64,000 nucleotides of DNA from positions 48,794,001 through 48,858,000 of the forward strand of contig OX597820.1 in NCBI GenBank assembly GCA_951406725.2. Direction: 5' to 3'. Origin of the DNA: Octopus vulgaris. Lineage: Eukaryota. The translations under genes and the position numbers were made by a program. Shown piece by piece: positions 44,390-57,807 of this stretch; position 1 is the stretch's first letter; the number at the start of each line of letters is the position of its first letter. The notes beneath the pieces are model-generated. The model had not been told where the DNA came from and searched no databases. It saw only the letters and a list, made by a program, of their open reading frames with translations.

Positions 44390-45720
44390 ATAATATTGAC
44401 GTTTTCAATAATAGCGCTGATTTCAATGAGTCATCCTTATATAAGGTAGGATATAAGGAGGAAATCAAGTATCTGAACCATCTTGATCCTTGTTTAACCT
44501 CTAATAATCTAGTTAATAGTAGTTATACTTCAGGCTTTTTAATGAGAAGTTTCCCTATAAGTCGCATAACCATGGTAAGACTATTTGGTTTATTATTACA
44601 TACGAAATACAAATTAAAAGTAAACTTCTTTACCTATTTCGTCAAGCCATCGAATGGAACTTTCCCCAAAATTCCAGGTACCATTCCATTCTCAACACAC
44701 ATCGTATCCGAATTGGTTTCTCCAACAGTAATTATACCCTCGCATACCAACTAGATGATTAACGGTAAATGGGTTTCACTTAATAACTGTAATAATAATA
44801 ATATTAATAATGACAATCTCTCCTTAAATAGTACTATCAATAGTATTAGTCCTCGTAATTGTGGTCCGAATAAAACTTGCGTTCTCAACGGAAATAGCAG
44901 GATTAAAAACGTTGTTGGTCAATGTAAAATTTCTGTAGGATCTAAAGTATATTTTTACGCTGGCATTTCATCCACATAATTAAGAAAACGTGTTACCAAC
45001 CATCTTTCTATATTTAAATATGGTAATAAACGTAATACTACAGGTTTTAGTTAAACTAATTTGGCATCTCAAAGACCGTAATCTTTGGATTGGAGTATTT
45101 TGTCAAGATCGTTTCCCTATGATAAAGGATAATCTTTCTGCTCTTTTTTATATGGACGAAAAACTATGTATCCTTTTTCCAAACACACTCTGGTCAACAC
45201 CTATAAAGAACTTATTTACAGGTGTTTACATTAGAAAAAAACACACTTTCAGCTATTTCAGAAAATATCTGCCCACTTACCTAATAATATCTGCAACTTA
45301 AACTTTATCATTTTCCTCTCATACTGCCTATTCTTTCCCTCATATTCTCTATGTATCTGTCATTAACTTTCTATTCGTTTATACCTCTGTTACTCCTTTA
45401 ATTATTTTTCTGTCTTCTTTCGCTCCTTCTCTCGTCCTATGACGTCAAATTTATCAACGGTATTTTATAATTACTAGCGTTCACTATACATCTTTGTTTA
45501 TATATATATAATATCATATATTGTAGTTTCTTACATTTATAAAAATGACTTATTGATGAGAGTTGTTGTTTATAATCTCCTTCCTTATGAGATTGATGCA
45601 TTTTTCCACATTATTCTTCCTCTCGGATTTATTTTAATGCATCAATCGGAACATATGCAGGTGATATCGTGATACAACTGATTTAAATAACGTCTTGAGC
45701 ATTTGTCTCCATTTTCCATT
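44193..45720 (+). mobile_element. Decayed Penelope-like element (Naiad-like GIY-YIG) with inverted end segment
   Basis: CVLNGNSRIKNVVGQCKI..YFYAGISST*LRKRVTNH..KLIWHLK..DEKLCIL..LVNTYKELIYRCLH at about 44875-45235. 44193-44310 is inverted relative to 45511-45641. Confidence 0.75.
45575..45666 (+). ncRNA. Degenerate hammerhead with 12-bp stem II
   Basis: CTTATGA-gattgatgcatt..aatgcatcaatc-GGAAC-ATAT-GCA. The inverted copy at 44244-44250 retains CTGATGA. Confidence 0.55.
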
Positions 45721-45783
45721 ATTCTTATACACACACACACACACACATATATATGTATATATGTGTGTGTCTGTGTGTGTGTG

Positions 45784-45843
<60 letters not shown>

Positions 45844-45855
45844 CATTATCATTAC

Positions 45856-45931
<76 letters not shown>

Positions 45932-45949
45932 AATATTATTATTATTATC

Positions 45950-46160
45950 TCACCATGTTGGACCGTTGAACTCTGCGCAATTTGTCTTTGTCCGTTTTCT
46001 TTTTCCTTCTCTCCCCATTTTGCCTCTTAATCTTTTCTGTCGAAGAGCATAGGCTCGAAACGTAAAAGACTTTTCTATTTCTCCTGAGCGTTAAGCACTT
46101 GCTTCTTGTTCCTACACCTGTCTTCGTCATTTGTTTTCTGTAAACTTGAACTATATTTAT
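45950..46160 (+). mobile_element. Short PLE 3' end with hammerhead-like motif at 46031-46069
   Basis: tctttt-CTGTCGAA-gagc-atag-gctc-GAAAC-GTA-aaaga. The downstream cctgagcg..cacctgtcttcgtc matches the 28700 family. Confidence 0.75.
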
Positions 46161-46675
46161 ATACATATATAAATACATACATACATACATGGAAATATTG
46201 GATAGCTATTGGCTACGCAATCTAATCGCTTAGAGCTTGAGGATGGTTTCAGGAGCAATAGTTATAAACCTGCTGTTGGTGTCTCTGGTATAGTCCGAAG
46301 TTAAAGGACGTAGTCACTGAAACGAAGAAGAAGAGGTTTGCAAGTAAGCAAAATATAATACATAAAGTAATACAAATCAGCAAAGGCTATATCTGAAAGT
46401 ATAGTAAAACAATAAATGGTAATAAACATTACGAAGGCAATATCTTAGAGTAGGTTCAGTGATGGAAAACCCAGGAGATTCTGTGTAGTCTTATTGATGT
46501 TGGCACATCAATATAGCAAAGTTAAAGTCACAATGCGATATAGTATTACGGAATAAAATATACTAGTTTAGAGTAAAGTGATATTTCTATATTGTCAAAG
46601 AAAGGAGAAAATATCTACTATATCTTTGAAATGAATAATCATTTCATTGGGAGTAGACAATGAGCTGCATCTATA

Positions 46676-46772
<97 letters not shown>

Positions 46773-47025
46773 CTCTATATATATATATCTCCCTATCTAT
46801 CTCTGTGTGAAATGTATGTGTGTGGATATGTGTGTGTGCATAATTTATATAAAGAAAACAGTTTACTCTGAGTTTTACATTTGGTTCCCAGACGTTTTAA
46901 CTCTTTGATATATATAATAAATATATTCTATCCACACTCACAACGCATTGAGGTATATATCAGTTAATATTTGAAAGATTGAAAATATATATTTGCATAG
47001 GATTTTAAAAAAAAAACTTGCATTA

Positions 47026-47135
<110 letters not shown>

Positions 47136-49182
47136 TCACATGTATGTGCGTGTGTGTGTGCATGCATGTATGTGTGTATATATAGTCCTTTTAAGTCTGT
47201 ATAACGTCAGGAATAAATTTATAAATTTATCGTAGATATAACATTTCTTTGTGCAAATCTTTAGTTGGAGATAAATGAATTATGAATAATTCACACATCA
47301 GAGAATTAATATATCAAAAACAAACCTGTGTAAATGGAATGTCATTGCACAACATATCCATGTATATACATTGAAATAAACATGCATATATTATATCTCT
47401 TTTCTTTGTATATAGCAAAACTATACATTGAATGCTATACATACTGACCTCAACTTCAAAAATAAATATAGTACGTAAGACTTACAATTCTTCTTTTCAC
47501 ACGCTATGGCGTTTGTACATATAATAGCTTGCAGTAAAAAATTTAATTTTGGTTCAAAGGTAAAGTGAAGAAAATCACTGTAATAAAATTAAATATAAGC
47601 GATTAAATTTGGTGAAAAATCTGGAAACCATTCTTTTCGCATGCCTTTCTGGCCGGTGTTATTTTGCTAAGGGACATTAGTGACAAGAATCTGATCCGTC
47701 TGCGCAAACAAATATTTCTTTGTAGTACTGATTTGAAAATTAGTAAAACACAATGGAATATGCAATTTAGTTTTCTAGTCAGCGGGTATTTAGTTATAGT
47801 AAGATGGATACGCAAGGACACTGATTAACAAATGACGATATTGTTAAGAAAATTTGGATTGGGAAAAAGTTTTTAAATGTATATATAATTTCTTACATGT
47901 GTATACACATACACACATACATTCAAGCACACAGTAATATGTGAGTATGTTTGTGTGTGTGTATGTGTGTAATATGTATGATTGTAATATATGTATCGGC
48001 AAAAATACGCTAACCAGATATACGCCATAAACAGTAATATATTGACTGATGATATAAAAATAAAACTGCCCTGATAAATTGAGTGAGCATTTCAACTGAC
48101 GTATACACAATTAACTGTTTCTATCCTAAGAGCAAATCCTACTTTGAATTTTACTTTGGAAGATACGCATTTAGTTTTCAATTGTTTCGATACATAAACT
48201 TAGTTACTTTGTGCCAAATTTATTGTCACAATTACTATGCAAGCAATTTATACATCTAAGTACCAGTAACTTTTGACTGTCATTAACACCTATTAAAAGC
48301 ATTTTTTAAATATGCAAAAATTCCGTATCTATCGCAAATTATTGATTTCCCCCTTTTATTCTATGTGATATAATAACGAAAAAAATTAAGCGTGCATCGG
48401 TGATTTATGAATTTTCGTTTTAATTGCTCGATAAATGGGAAATAAATAATACATGAATCTACCGTTGATTTTTACTTATGCTTATCATTAGTAGTAGAAT
48501 TTTAGTTATCAAAATCGCTTTAACTAGATGTTCTCCCCATCAAAGCATTTATAATGTTACAATGTGTTTCTGCAACGACTTTGTGAGCTCGCTAAACGGC
48601 AATGATATCACCAGCCATAGTCTCTCATGGAAGCAATGTCTGCAATCTAACCTAATGGCAAAAAGCTTCAAAGGAAAACTTTTCTGTACCTATTCAAATA
48701 CTTAACTTACATATTACAGCAGAACCAGTTTTTCCTTACTGAACAAGAGTACTGTAAAAATAGTATCATTTCTAAATCAGGGCTTCTTGACAATTATTTT
48801 ATCTCTTTAAGATTAAGTGTTACAAAAGTGGACACAAACAAGCATAATAAATTTCCGATATCCAAACTCATTGTTATGGCATATTTGCTCTTATTTTATA
48901 ATTTCCCACAAATCCACTCAGTACAAATTCCATACAAATTTATTTAAATCATTACCATTGGTTTATTTTTAATATTACAGTTAGTAATCACATCTCTAAT
49001 TCCTGTGCTATACTTATCTCTATTGACATACCTTCAAAAGAACTGAACTTACAAATTTCGAAATCGTCGTCATCCGTCTGCAAGTAACTAATATCTATAT
49101 TTCAAGTCAAGAATTTTTTCTTTTTCTCCTTAATGAATTTATACATCTACTTGAAGCTCACTAAAACTGTAAATGTATGTGC

Positions 49183-49222
<40 letters not shown>

Positions 49223-49502
49223 GTATATAAGTACACACAAAGATCCGCCAAGAACGAAGACATCACTAGTTTCCTGGCTAACAAAGAGGTCCAAGAGATT
49301 CTTCTTTCTATCATAAATCATCTACTGTCACTAATATCACTACAAAGAATACCATGTGGCCCGTCTTGATCAATAGCAATCTGTTTGTGAGTAGCCATGT
49401 TGGCCTTAGTGTCAGTAGCCATCTCAGGTCGAACGTGTCAGGTCTTTATTATCAGCCACGGAAAATTTATGTCGCATGGAGGCGAATCAAAATGTTTTGA
49501 AT

Positions 49503-49533
<31 letters not shown>

Positions 49534-49550
49534 GCAACAACAAAAACAAC

Positions 49551-49608
<58 letters not shown>

Positions 49609-49614
49609 TATATA

Positions 49615-50255
49615 TGCAGATTCTGCGATAGTGTAATACAGTATTTACATTCGAGAATATTTAAACACTACAAACTCCTGCATACTCGTGCGAAATCCTG
49701 AGCCAGTCGTTGAGGGTTAAATATCACTATCTTCTAGAATTTTCCAGTGAATACCGACAGAAGATTCTAGGCTAATCGACCAGACATAGACATTAAAGTA
49801 GGAAGAAAATATTTGTAGACTAATAGATGTAATTTTTGCCACTGATCAATATATATTTGTAAAGGAATTTGACAATTAAGTAAATATAAGGACCTGGAAA
49901 TTGAAGCAGAAAAGATGTGGCATGTTAAAGCGGGCATTGTTCCTATTATTGTGGGTTCCGTATATATGATAAGAAAGGAATGTCAGAAATATCTAGATAA
50001 TATCTCAGGAGAACATTGTCTCAGAGAAATCCAAAAGATTGTGGTGACAAGTACAGCTACATCCTTAGAAAAACCCTATTCAATTTAAATGTCTTTGTTG
50101 TATTACATAAAAATATTTCCATCCTGCCCCTGCCACTTCCTCTCTCCAAGCTTTCAGTCATGCTGTAACAGCTCTTATCCTTCACTCACCCTAGGACCTT
50201 GCGTGAGTCTCGACAAGTGAGTCTCGACAATCAGGCAGATTAAATGTTGATAACA
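49615..50255 (+). mobile_element. R4/Dong 3' fragment (REL endonuclease)
   Basis: NTDRRF*ANRPDI, LSKYKDLEIEAEKMW and VPIIVG, lying between (AAT)n arrays. Confidence 0.8.
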
Positions 50256-50272
50256 ACAACAACAACAACAAC

Positions 50273-50354
<82 letters not shown>

Positions 50355-50810
50355 GGGCTACAGCAAATATACTGCTCAATACGACAGATTTACTTGTCAG
50401 CTTTTTTACCTTAACCAGTTGAGCATGTCCCTTAGTGGCTGACGATATGTGCATCTCTGATCACGAGCAGAAGTAGTGGTGGAGCATCATAACCATATGT
50501 TGAGAGGGATTTTTGGGGTTTGAATAATTTACCTCTGGAAACATGGGTGTTTTTACAACATGCTTAAACAACCCTTATTCAGGGACGTTTTGAGGGGGAT
50601 GGGTTACTCGAATAGAAGAAAATTTTAACTGGGCCCCACCTGCAAGGTCATGTGCTATTTATCTTGAGATGAGATCACCATGTCGTGCACAAATGGCTGT
50701 GATACATGTGCCTAGTGTACCCTTATCAGACGGGTAGTCATGAAGGGTATACTGGTCTTCGTATATTTTACCTAAGTGTCGCTTCAATGGCATGCACTGC
50801 TCTCTCACGC
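50355..50810. mobile_element. Non-coding insert of about 455 bp between (AAT)n arrays
   Basis: Higher-complexity block with sharp boundaries against AAT repeats on both sides. Confidence 0.5.
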
Positions 50811-50972
50811 AATAATAATAACAATAATAATAATAATAGTAATTATGATAATATATCTATCAATGTATTAATGCGTATATATATATACGGCCGATGCACA
50901 GAGATTTTTTAATGGCGGTACCCCAGCATGGCCAGAGCTCTTGAGCTGAAACTAGATAAAATAAAAAATAAA

Positions 50973-51011
<39 letters not shown>

Positions 51012-51042
51012 AACATACATATGGACATTTTGTTTTTGAGAC

Positions 51043-51377
51043 TCCCTTCGGTCATCACTGACGACTGACCATGGGATTGTACCTAGAAAGTTACCCTACC
51101 GGCACAAATCCGGGCAAATCCGGACAAGGTTGTTTTATGGAAGACCAGCAGTCGCCCATGCATAACGGGCTCCCCTCACTACTCTACCAGTGGAGGGAAA
51201 GGCAAAGCCCGATACAGCTTGGCACCTGTGACGTCGCAACTCATTTCTACAGCTGAGTGAACTGGAGCTACGTGAAATAAAGTGTATTGCTCAAGAACAC
51301 AATAGGTAACCCGGTCCGGTATTCGAACTCACAATCTCACGATCGTAAGCTCGACGCTCTAACCACCGAGCCATGTG
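51043..51377 (-). mobile_element. tRNA-derived SINE
   Basis: Minus strand has A box tggctcggtggttag and B box gagttcgaatacc, followed by a tgttcttgagcaa body. Confidence 0.8.
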
Positions 51378-51386
51378 TTTAAATAA

Positions 51387-51430
<44 letters not shown>

Positions 51431-51490
51431 CTGTGTGTGTGTGATATGTATATATCTATATCTATATCTGTCTATCTATCTATCTATCTA

Positions 51491-51540
<50 letters not shown>

Positions 51541-51595
51541 GGAGTGAAACAAGGTGGAAAAAAGAGTACTCAAATACCAGTGGTAGAGTAATATG

Positions 51596-51771
51596 CTTTA
51601 TTTAAAAGTAGCAGAAAATTCAACAAAACCTGTTACTCAAAATTTCACGTTCCCGTTCGTCTGACAGTCGGACAATTTTTGCTAGCAAAAACTGTCCGAC
51701 TGTCCGACGAACGGGAACGTGAAACTCTGAGTAACAGGTTTTGTTGAATTTTCTGCTGCTTTTAAATAAAG
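51596..51771. repeat. Loopless 176-bp palindrome made of two inverted hammerhead-bearing arms
   Basis: Centre ttttgctagcaaaa at about 51683; the arms are complementary with few mismatches. Confidence 0.92.
51700..51737 (+). ncRNA. Minimal type I hammerhead (U4C in this copy)
   Basis: ctgt-CCGACGA-acg-ggaa-cgt-GAAA-ctc-t-ga-GTA-acag, with all three stems pairing. Confidence 0.75.
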
Positions 51772-51779
51772 TATATACA

Positions 51780-51850
<71 letters not shown>

Positions 51851-52045
51851 GTATATATGTATGTATATATAAGTACATATAAGTGTGTAAATATCCGTGC
51901 CTGCGTTTGCATATCAATGTGTATGCACTGCTGAATGAGTTATAACAGTTATGAGCAAAATAATATCTGTATGGCTTTACAAACCTATGTATGTATTAAT
52001 GTGTATATTTATATATGTACATATCCCTGAATACTTATATATGTT

Positions 52046-52137
<92 letters not shown>

Positions 52138-52704
52138 TGCATACATACATTTATATTTTTTTATGAATGATTTGAACAATGAATCGAATTACATAAATCA
52201 TTCATGTATTTCCATGTCTGCGGTTGTGTTTGCATATCTATCTAACTCTTAATCTATTTATCTGACCATATATCTTTCTAACCAAACACATATATCTGAT
52301 TTTGTGTGTTCGATTGGTGGTTAGTTTCTGTATATTTAGAGAGTAATTGCATACTGTGACGGCGCCAGAAAAATGGCAATTACGTCAAAATTCTTCGGTC
52401 CATTGAACATTTCGTCATTAGTGAAAATAAAAGCATTTACTAAATTGATCACTTCAAACAACACCATTTCCTCACGTGAGTCTCTCGATGTTTTCTACTA
52501 ATCTACCTGATATATGTATGTGTGTATATATATATATATGTAAATGTATATATAAATATATGTATGTATAAATGTAAGTGAATATATTTATATATATATT
52601 CATATTTGTATATAAATACATATATATATGGGTGTGTGTGTTTGTATATATATATACTTATTCATATATACATACATATATATATGCGTGTGTGTACTGT
52701 TTGC

Positions 52705-52757
<53 letters not shown>

Positions 52758-52814
52758 AATATATTTATATATATATTCATATATACATATATATGTGTGC
52801 GTGTGTGTATAATG

Positions 52815-52860
<46 letters not shown>

Positions 52861-53079
52861 TAAAGGGAGAGAGAGAGATAGTAATGTATGCAGGTACTTA
52901 TGTGTGAACGTGGGTGCATGTTTGTTTGCCTACTATCAATATATTTATTTCTACATCTATATTCATATCTATATTTCTGCATTAAATCTACACACCGCAA
53001 TACTCATGAATACGGTCATATTTGTGTACATATAGTATTTTTAACTTGTATTATTTCCTAACATACACAATCTCTCTAG

Positions 53080-53135
<56 letters not shown>

Positions 53136-53421
53136 GAAATAGTCATAATAGACATTTATTCCATACATAAACAGTCTTATTGAATTTGTTATACTTTATG
53201 ATCCAAAGTGTCACAATCTTTTGTCATGAATGTACGACCTGTTCTCTGACAGAATTCAAATGTAATGTAATAGTGTCGCAGACTAATTCATATAACAACC
53301 ATTCTAACACATTTCGATCCTTTATAATAAACCTACTACTACGCAAAATATAAATCAGAATATAATTGCATATGACCGTTTTAAAGTTCTACTTTTTCTA
53401 TCAGTTTCATTTGAGAGCTAG

Positions 53422-53549
<128 letters not shown>

Positions 53550-53706
53550 GTCCATCTGTCTGTCTTTCTGCCACTCTGTCTGTCTTTCTGCTTGCCTGCC
53601 TGCCTGTATGTCTGTATGTGTAGCTGGTTTGCTAGATCTGTTAGTCTGTCTATCTGTTACATCCGCACACGCGCACACAGATACATATACACAAACACTC
53701 ACCCAA

Positions 53707-53741
<35 letters not shown>

Positions 53742-53742
<1 letters not shown>

Positions 53743-53992
53743 TGGGTTGGTGCATAATTATTGCGGCGTTTTTCAGCAAATTTTATTCAACAAAAGCAAT
53801 AACAATAGGTAACAAAAACATCCTTAAATGACGATCTGACCCTCTGCCAAGCAAATGGGAAGAGGCAATTGAAGTAGAATGTGAATATGCTCCGGAATAA
53901 TCATATAAAGACGTTTTTGTTCCATGTTGTTATTGTTTTTATTGAAAATATAATTGTTGGAAAAAAGCCGCAATAATTATGCACTAACCCAA
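53742..53992. mobile_element. Mariner-type MITE
   Basis: TIRs ttgggttggtgcataattattgcggc and gccgcaataattatgcactaacccaa, with TA on both sides. Confidence 0.92.
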
Positions 53993-54328
53993 TATACTCT
54001 TTTCTGTTCTAGGGGAGGGGCCTAGTCGATTACATCGACCTCAGTAATCAACTAGTACTTAATTTATCGACCCTGAAATGATGAAACGCAAAGTCGACCT
54101 CTGCGGAATTTGAACTCTTAACGTAAAACAGACGAAATACCGCTATATTAAGTTATTGACAGTAACTTAGATGTTTCACCGGATGTATGCTTGCAATAAA
54201 TGGACTTAATGAGTCAAATGTTCAGCAAAAGATACAGACACCTCTCTCATAACCATATCATTAGACTTTACGCTGGTATTGTGTCACTTATTCATTTACA
54301 GTTCTTTGTTTATATGCATATAGAAACC

Positions 54329-54499
54329 TAGAGGTAAAAATCAAGACCAAGGCAGAGCGAGTATTTAATAATAAGTCAGAATAATTTAATAATTAAGTCA
54401 GAATAATTTAATTAGCGTGAAGTTATTGACCCTATCCTAATTAAATTATTGTAAATGACTTGAGATACTCGTTCTGCCTTGGTTTTGATTTTCCCTCTA
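54329..54499. repeat. Fold-back hairpin element
   Basis: tagagg..aaaatcaagaccaaggcagagcgagtat pairs with atactcgttctgccttggttttgatttt..ctcta. The inner aataatttaattag pairs with ctaattaaattatt. Confidence 0.85.
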
Positions 54500-54647
54500 A
54501 TATAATACATACCTGCTATAACAGAACACTGACACGGATCCCTACATCCAGCACTTACCCAGCGTACCTATTCATTTAGATCACAAATTAACTAAAACCA
54601 TCATATTCTCTCTCTTACTCTCCCCCCTCTCTCTCTATGTATATATT

Positions 54648-55240
54648 GTTGTTGTTGTTATTGGCATCCTTTTTGTCTCGGGAGACAATGGAGTTGTCCG
54701 GATTTTACATCTCATGTCCTGATACATTTCCTGCTGTGGCTGTGTAGTCCTATCCTGTACCGCAAATGTAGCGAAGACTGTTCCTAGCTGGTTGTAGTGC
54801 CATAGTCTCTTGTTTTCGTCTCTTCCTTTCTTTCCATTTCTCCTCTCTCTCTTTCTGTCACTCCTTTGTATTCCCTGTTTTACGCTACGTCGTCAATCTC
54901 CACGGTTGCTGGCAATTGCTTCCCAACTGCTAATATTGATGTTGCAGGCCTTCATGTCACTTTTGCAAACATCCTTGTCACGTAAGAACGGTCTACCCAC
55001 AGACCTAGTACCCCTAGCAAGATCTCCGTAGGGTATGTCCTTGGGGATTCTGCCATCTTTCATACGGCTAACATGCCCAAGCCATCTCATACGTCTTTGT
55101 GTGAGGAGTGCAAACATACTTGGTATTCCTGCTTGCTTGAGAACATCTTTGTTGGGGATATGATTCGGAGGATGCGGAGGATTTTCCGGAGGCAGTGCAG
55201 GTGAAAGATGTTTAGGCGACGCTCTTGGCGTGTGTATAGC
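54648..55240 (-). mobile_element. RTE-clade LINE 3' fragment
   Basis: RRLNIFHLHCLRKIL, RRMRWLGHVSRMKDGRIPK and RSVGRP, with a (CAA)n tail. Confidence 0.9.
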
Positions 55241-55289
<49 letters not shown>

Positions 55290-55443
55290 TTGAAGTAGAC
55301 AAATGAATTATCCTATTACGGATAATTCGAAAGATAACCGATACCTGGGTAGCAAAATTCACAACAGAAATGGCACGGTTGAAGTTACGACCATGGGGCA
55401 TAAAATCCGTGCCTTAGTGCGGAAATTTGAAGTTTTATATGTT

Positions 55444-55551
55444 AAGTATAGGAAAGAATGGAGCTGAACGAAAATTTAACAAAACATATGTCGAAAATAA
55501 AATAAAGGAATTTTGTTGAATCTTCGTTCAGCTCCATTCTTTCCTATACTT
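55444..55551. repeat. Fold-back hairpin with about 37-bp arms
   Basis: aagtataggaaagaatggagctgaacgaa pairs with ttcgttcagctccattctttcctatactt. Confidence 0.9.
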
Positions 55552-55759
55552 TATATATATATATATATATATATATGAAAAAACAAGTCAAAAATAGAAA
55601 ATGCTAAAATAATTTTATAGTGAACATTTCAGTACCGCTTTCGGTCATTTTGAGACCTTTTCAACTCTAATGATTAAATAATTAAATTTAGAAAAATTAG
55701 AAGAAAAGTTTTTTTAAAGGAATATTTCTATAGTAGTGTTCAGATATAAGTGATACCAT

Positions 55760-56474
55760 TATCACCAGGAACTATCCACCTTCACTTATTGACAAGTGCA
55801 TTCAACGTGCCCTTCAACTTAACATCAAGGAACTGAGACATCCCAAATCAAAGAAAAACTTACAACCAAAAGCCTTACCATACATCTCCACACACAACCC
55901 TCTCAATAACGAAGCCTTCGGCACCATCCTCCACAACATACCCCTCCTAAAAAAAGACCACAGAATGAACACGATCATAAAAAGCAAGAGACAGCCTAAA
56001 TCCATGTAAAGTCTCCTAACACAAGCCCGAATTCACTCTTCAACACAGAAGCCGACAGTAAAAAAATGTGGAAGACCCAATTGCGGGATATGCGACTATC
56101 TAATTGAGGGATCAGAGTTCTCCTTCAAACAGGGACAACGGTTTACAGTGAAAAGCAACTTCACATGTGCTTCGGAGAACCTAATATACTCACTAACCTG
56201 CTCCGGGTGTCAAGAGCAGTACATAGGCCAAACAAAAAATAGTTTGCGTAAACGAATGGCCCTGCACAGATCCCAGATAAAAATTCCCCAAAACAGAAAA
56301 ATAGCATTTAGCCAACACATAGATACTTGCGCCAACAAAAAAACACCAAGCTTCAGGATTTTCCCCCTCTACCAATTAAGGGACGATACAACCCCGAGAC
56401 AACGAATAAGTAAAGAAAATCTCTTTATTACAAAATACAGGCCACTTCTTAACGGGTCTACGACAAACAATTAA
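55760..56474 (+). pseudogene. PLE linker plus GIY-YIG endonuclease
   Basis: RNYPPSLI, LPYISTHNP, CGRPNCGIC, NLIYSLTCSGCQEQYIGQT..LRKRMALH and RPLLN, with one stop near 56007. Confidence 0.9.
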
Positions 56475-57197
56475 TATACCTCAACTTTAGAATGAAAGAA
56501 ATATTCACACACAAGTGTTACATTCCAAGGAGTCCATTACTAATCACAGCTAAAATCACAGCTATAATACATAACATGCCAACTTCAAGTCATACAACAC
56601 CTCACTACTTTAACCCATTCATAATCTCCCTTCTCTGTTTTTTTCTTCTTCTTCCTCTTCTTCTCCATCATCATCATTATCATCATCATCGTCGTCATAA
56701 TCATCACCACCATCATCATCATCGTCATCTTCTCCTTCTCCTTCTTCTTCTTCATCATCATCATCATCATCAACATCGTCATCTTCTTCTTCTTCTTCTT
56801 CTTCTTCTTCTTCTTCTTCTTCTTCTTCTTCTTCTTCTTCTACTTCTCCACCTTCTACCCCTTAACTTTGTCACTAATGTTTTTTAGTATAACACCTACG
56901 CAAATTCTATAAACAAGCCTTTCAATAGAAATATTCTCCTGAATTGAACTGCGACTGCCAGCCGCCACTGACCATTCAAAATACGACCATCAGGGCACTC
57001 CCAGATTTTCCCACCCCCTTTCCTCATCAGCCTTCTTCCTCTACTACCCTACCAAGAACTCACAACGACCTCCAATACACAAGTGCAAACAAGGGAGTCA
57101 GAGAAAGGCAGAATGCCACTTATATCTGAACACTACTATAGAAATATTCCTTTAAAAAATCTTTTCTTCTAATTTTTCTAAATTTAATTATTTAATC

Positions 57198-57244
57198 GTT
57201 ACAGTTGAAAAGGTCTCAAAATGACCGAAACCGGTACTGAAATG
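57198..57244 (+). ncRNA. Type I hammerhead, U3/A8 covariant core
   Basis: cgttacag-TTGAAAA-ggtc-tcaaaat-gacc-GAAAC-CG-GTA-ctgaaatg. An inverted copy lies at 55625-55672. Confidence 0.8.
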
Positions 57245-57753
57245 TTCACTATAAAATTATTTTAGCATTTTCTATTTTTGACTTGTTTTTTCATATACAT
57301 CAACTCGTGTGTTCCTTTTCACCCTTATACATATATATATATATATCCTTTTCTGCTTAATTTAAATTTGATTCCTGATAAACACTTCTTTATTGTGTTA
57401 TTGCCTGTATCCTAGGAGCATAATATGCTTGTATAGGTATGCCCAGTTAATTTATACCGGTAATAAAACCGGATATTATTATCCCTTAGACGGTTATTCC
57501 AAACGCTAACCCTAATAACCTTTATATATAAATATATATAAAAGAAGTTTTGGTATCCAGACGACCCAAAAGGCAACTAAGGCTATGTAAGTGCTACGGA
57601 AGAACCACTGTTAGACTCCCGGTTCTATAATAGTATGAGTGAGGAATCTAACGCGGGTCGTGTATGAGCGTGTACATGTTGAATAAAATGAGACAAAAAG
57701 GGTACATTGTGAAATTTTCTAGTGAAATTTCTCGGACATTTGTAAAGAGAAAT

Positions 57754-57807
57754 GTCGTCTTACAGCTGTTTCAGTTATATAAAAGACATTCCATCATCAG
57801 AGATGAT
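57754..57807 (-). ncRNA. Type I hammerhead with decayed stem II
   Basis: tcatct-CTGATGA-tggaatgt..atataact-GAAAC-AGCT-GTA-agacga. Stem III is the palindrome ACAGCTGT. Confidence 0.7.

Larger units (their letters stand above)
55572..57330 (+). mobile_element. 5'-truncated Penelope-like element (Neptune-like) with about 180-bp inverted pLTR
   Basis: 55572-55752 is the reverse complement of 57117-57297. Contains a GIY-YIG remnant and has (TA)n flanks. Confidence 0.92.

Noticed and set aside
55278-55315. gaattatcc/ggataattc hairpin followed by GAAA
   Set aside because: It lacks the CUGA core and a cleavage triplet context.
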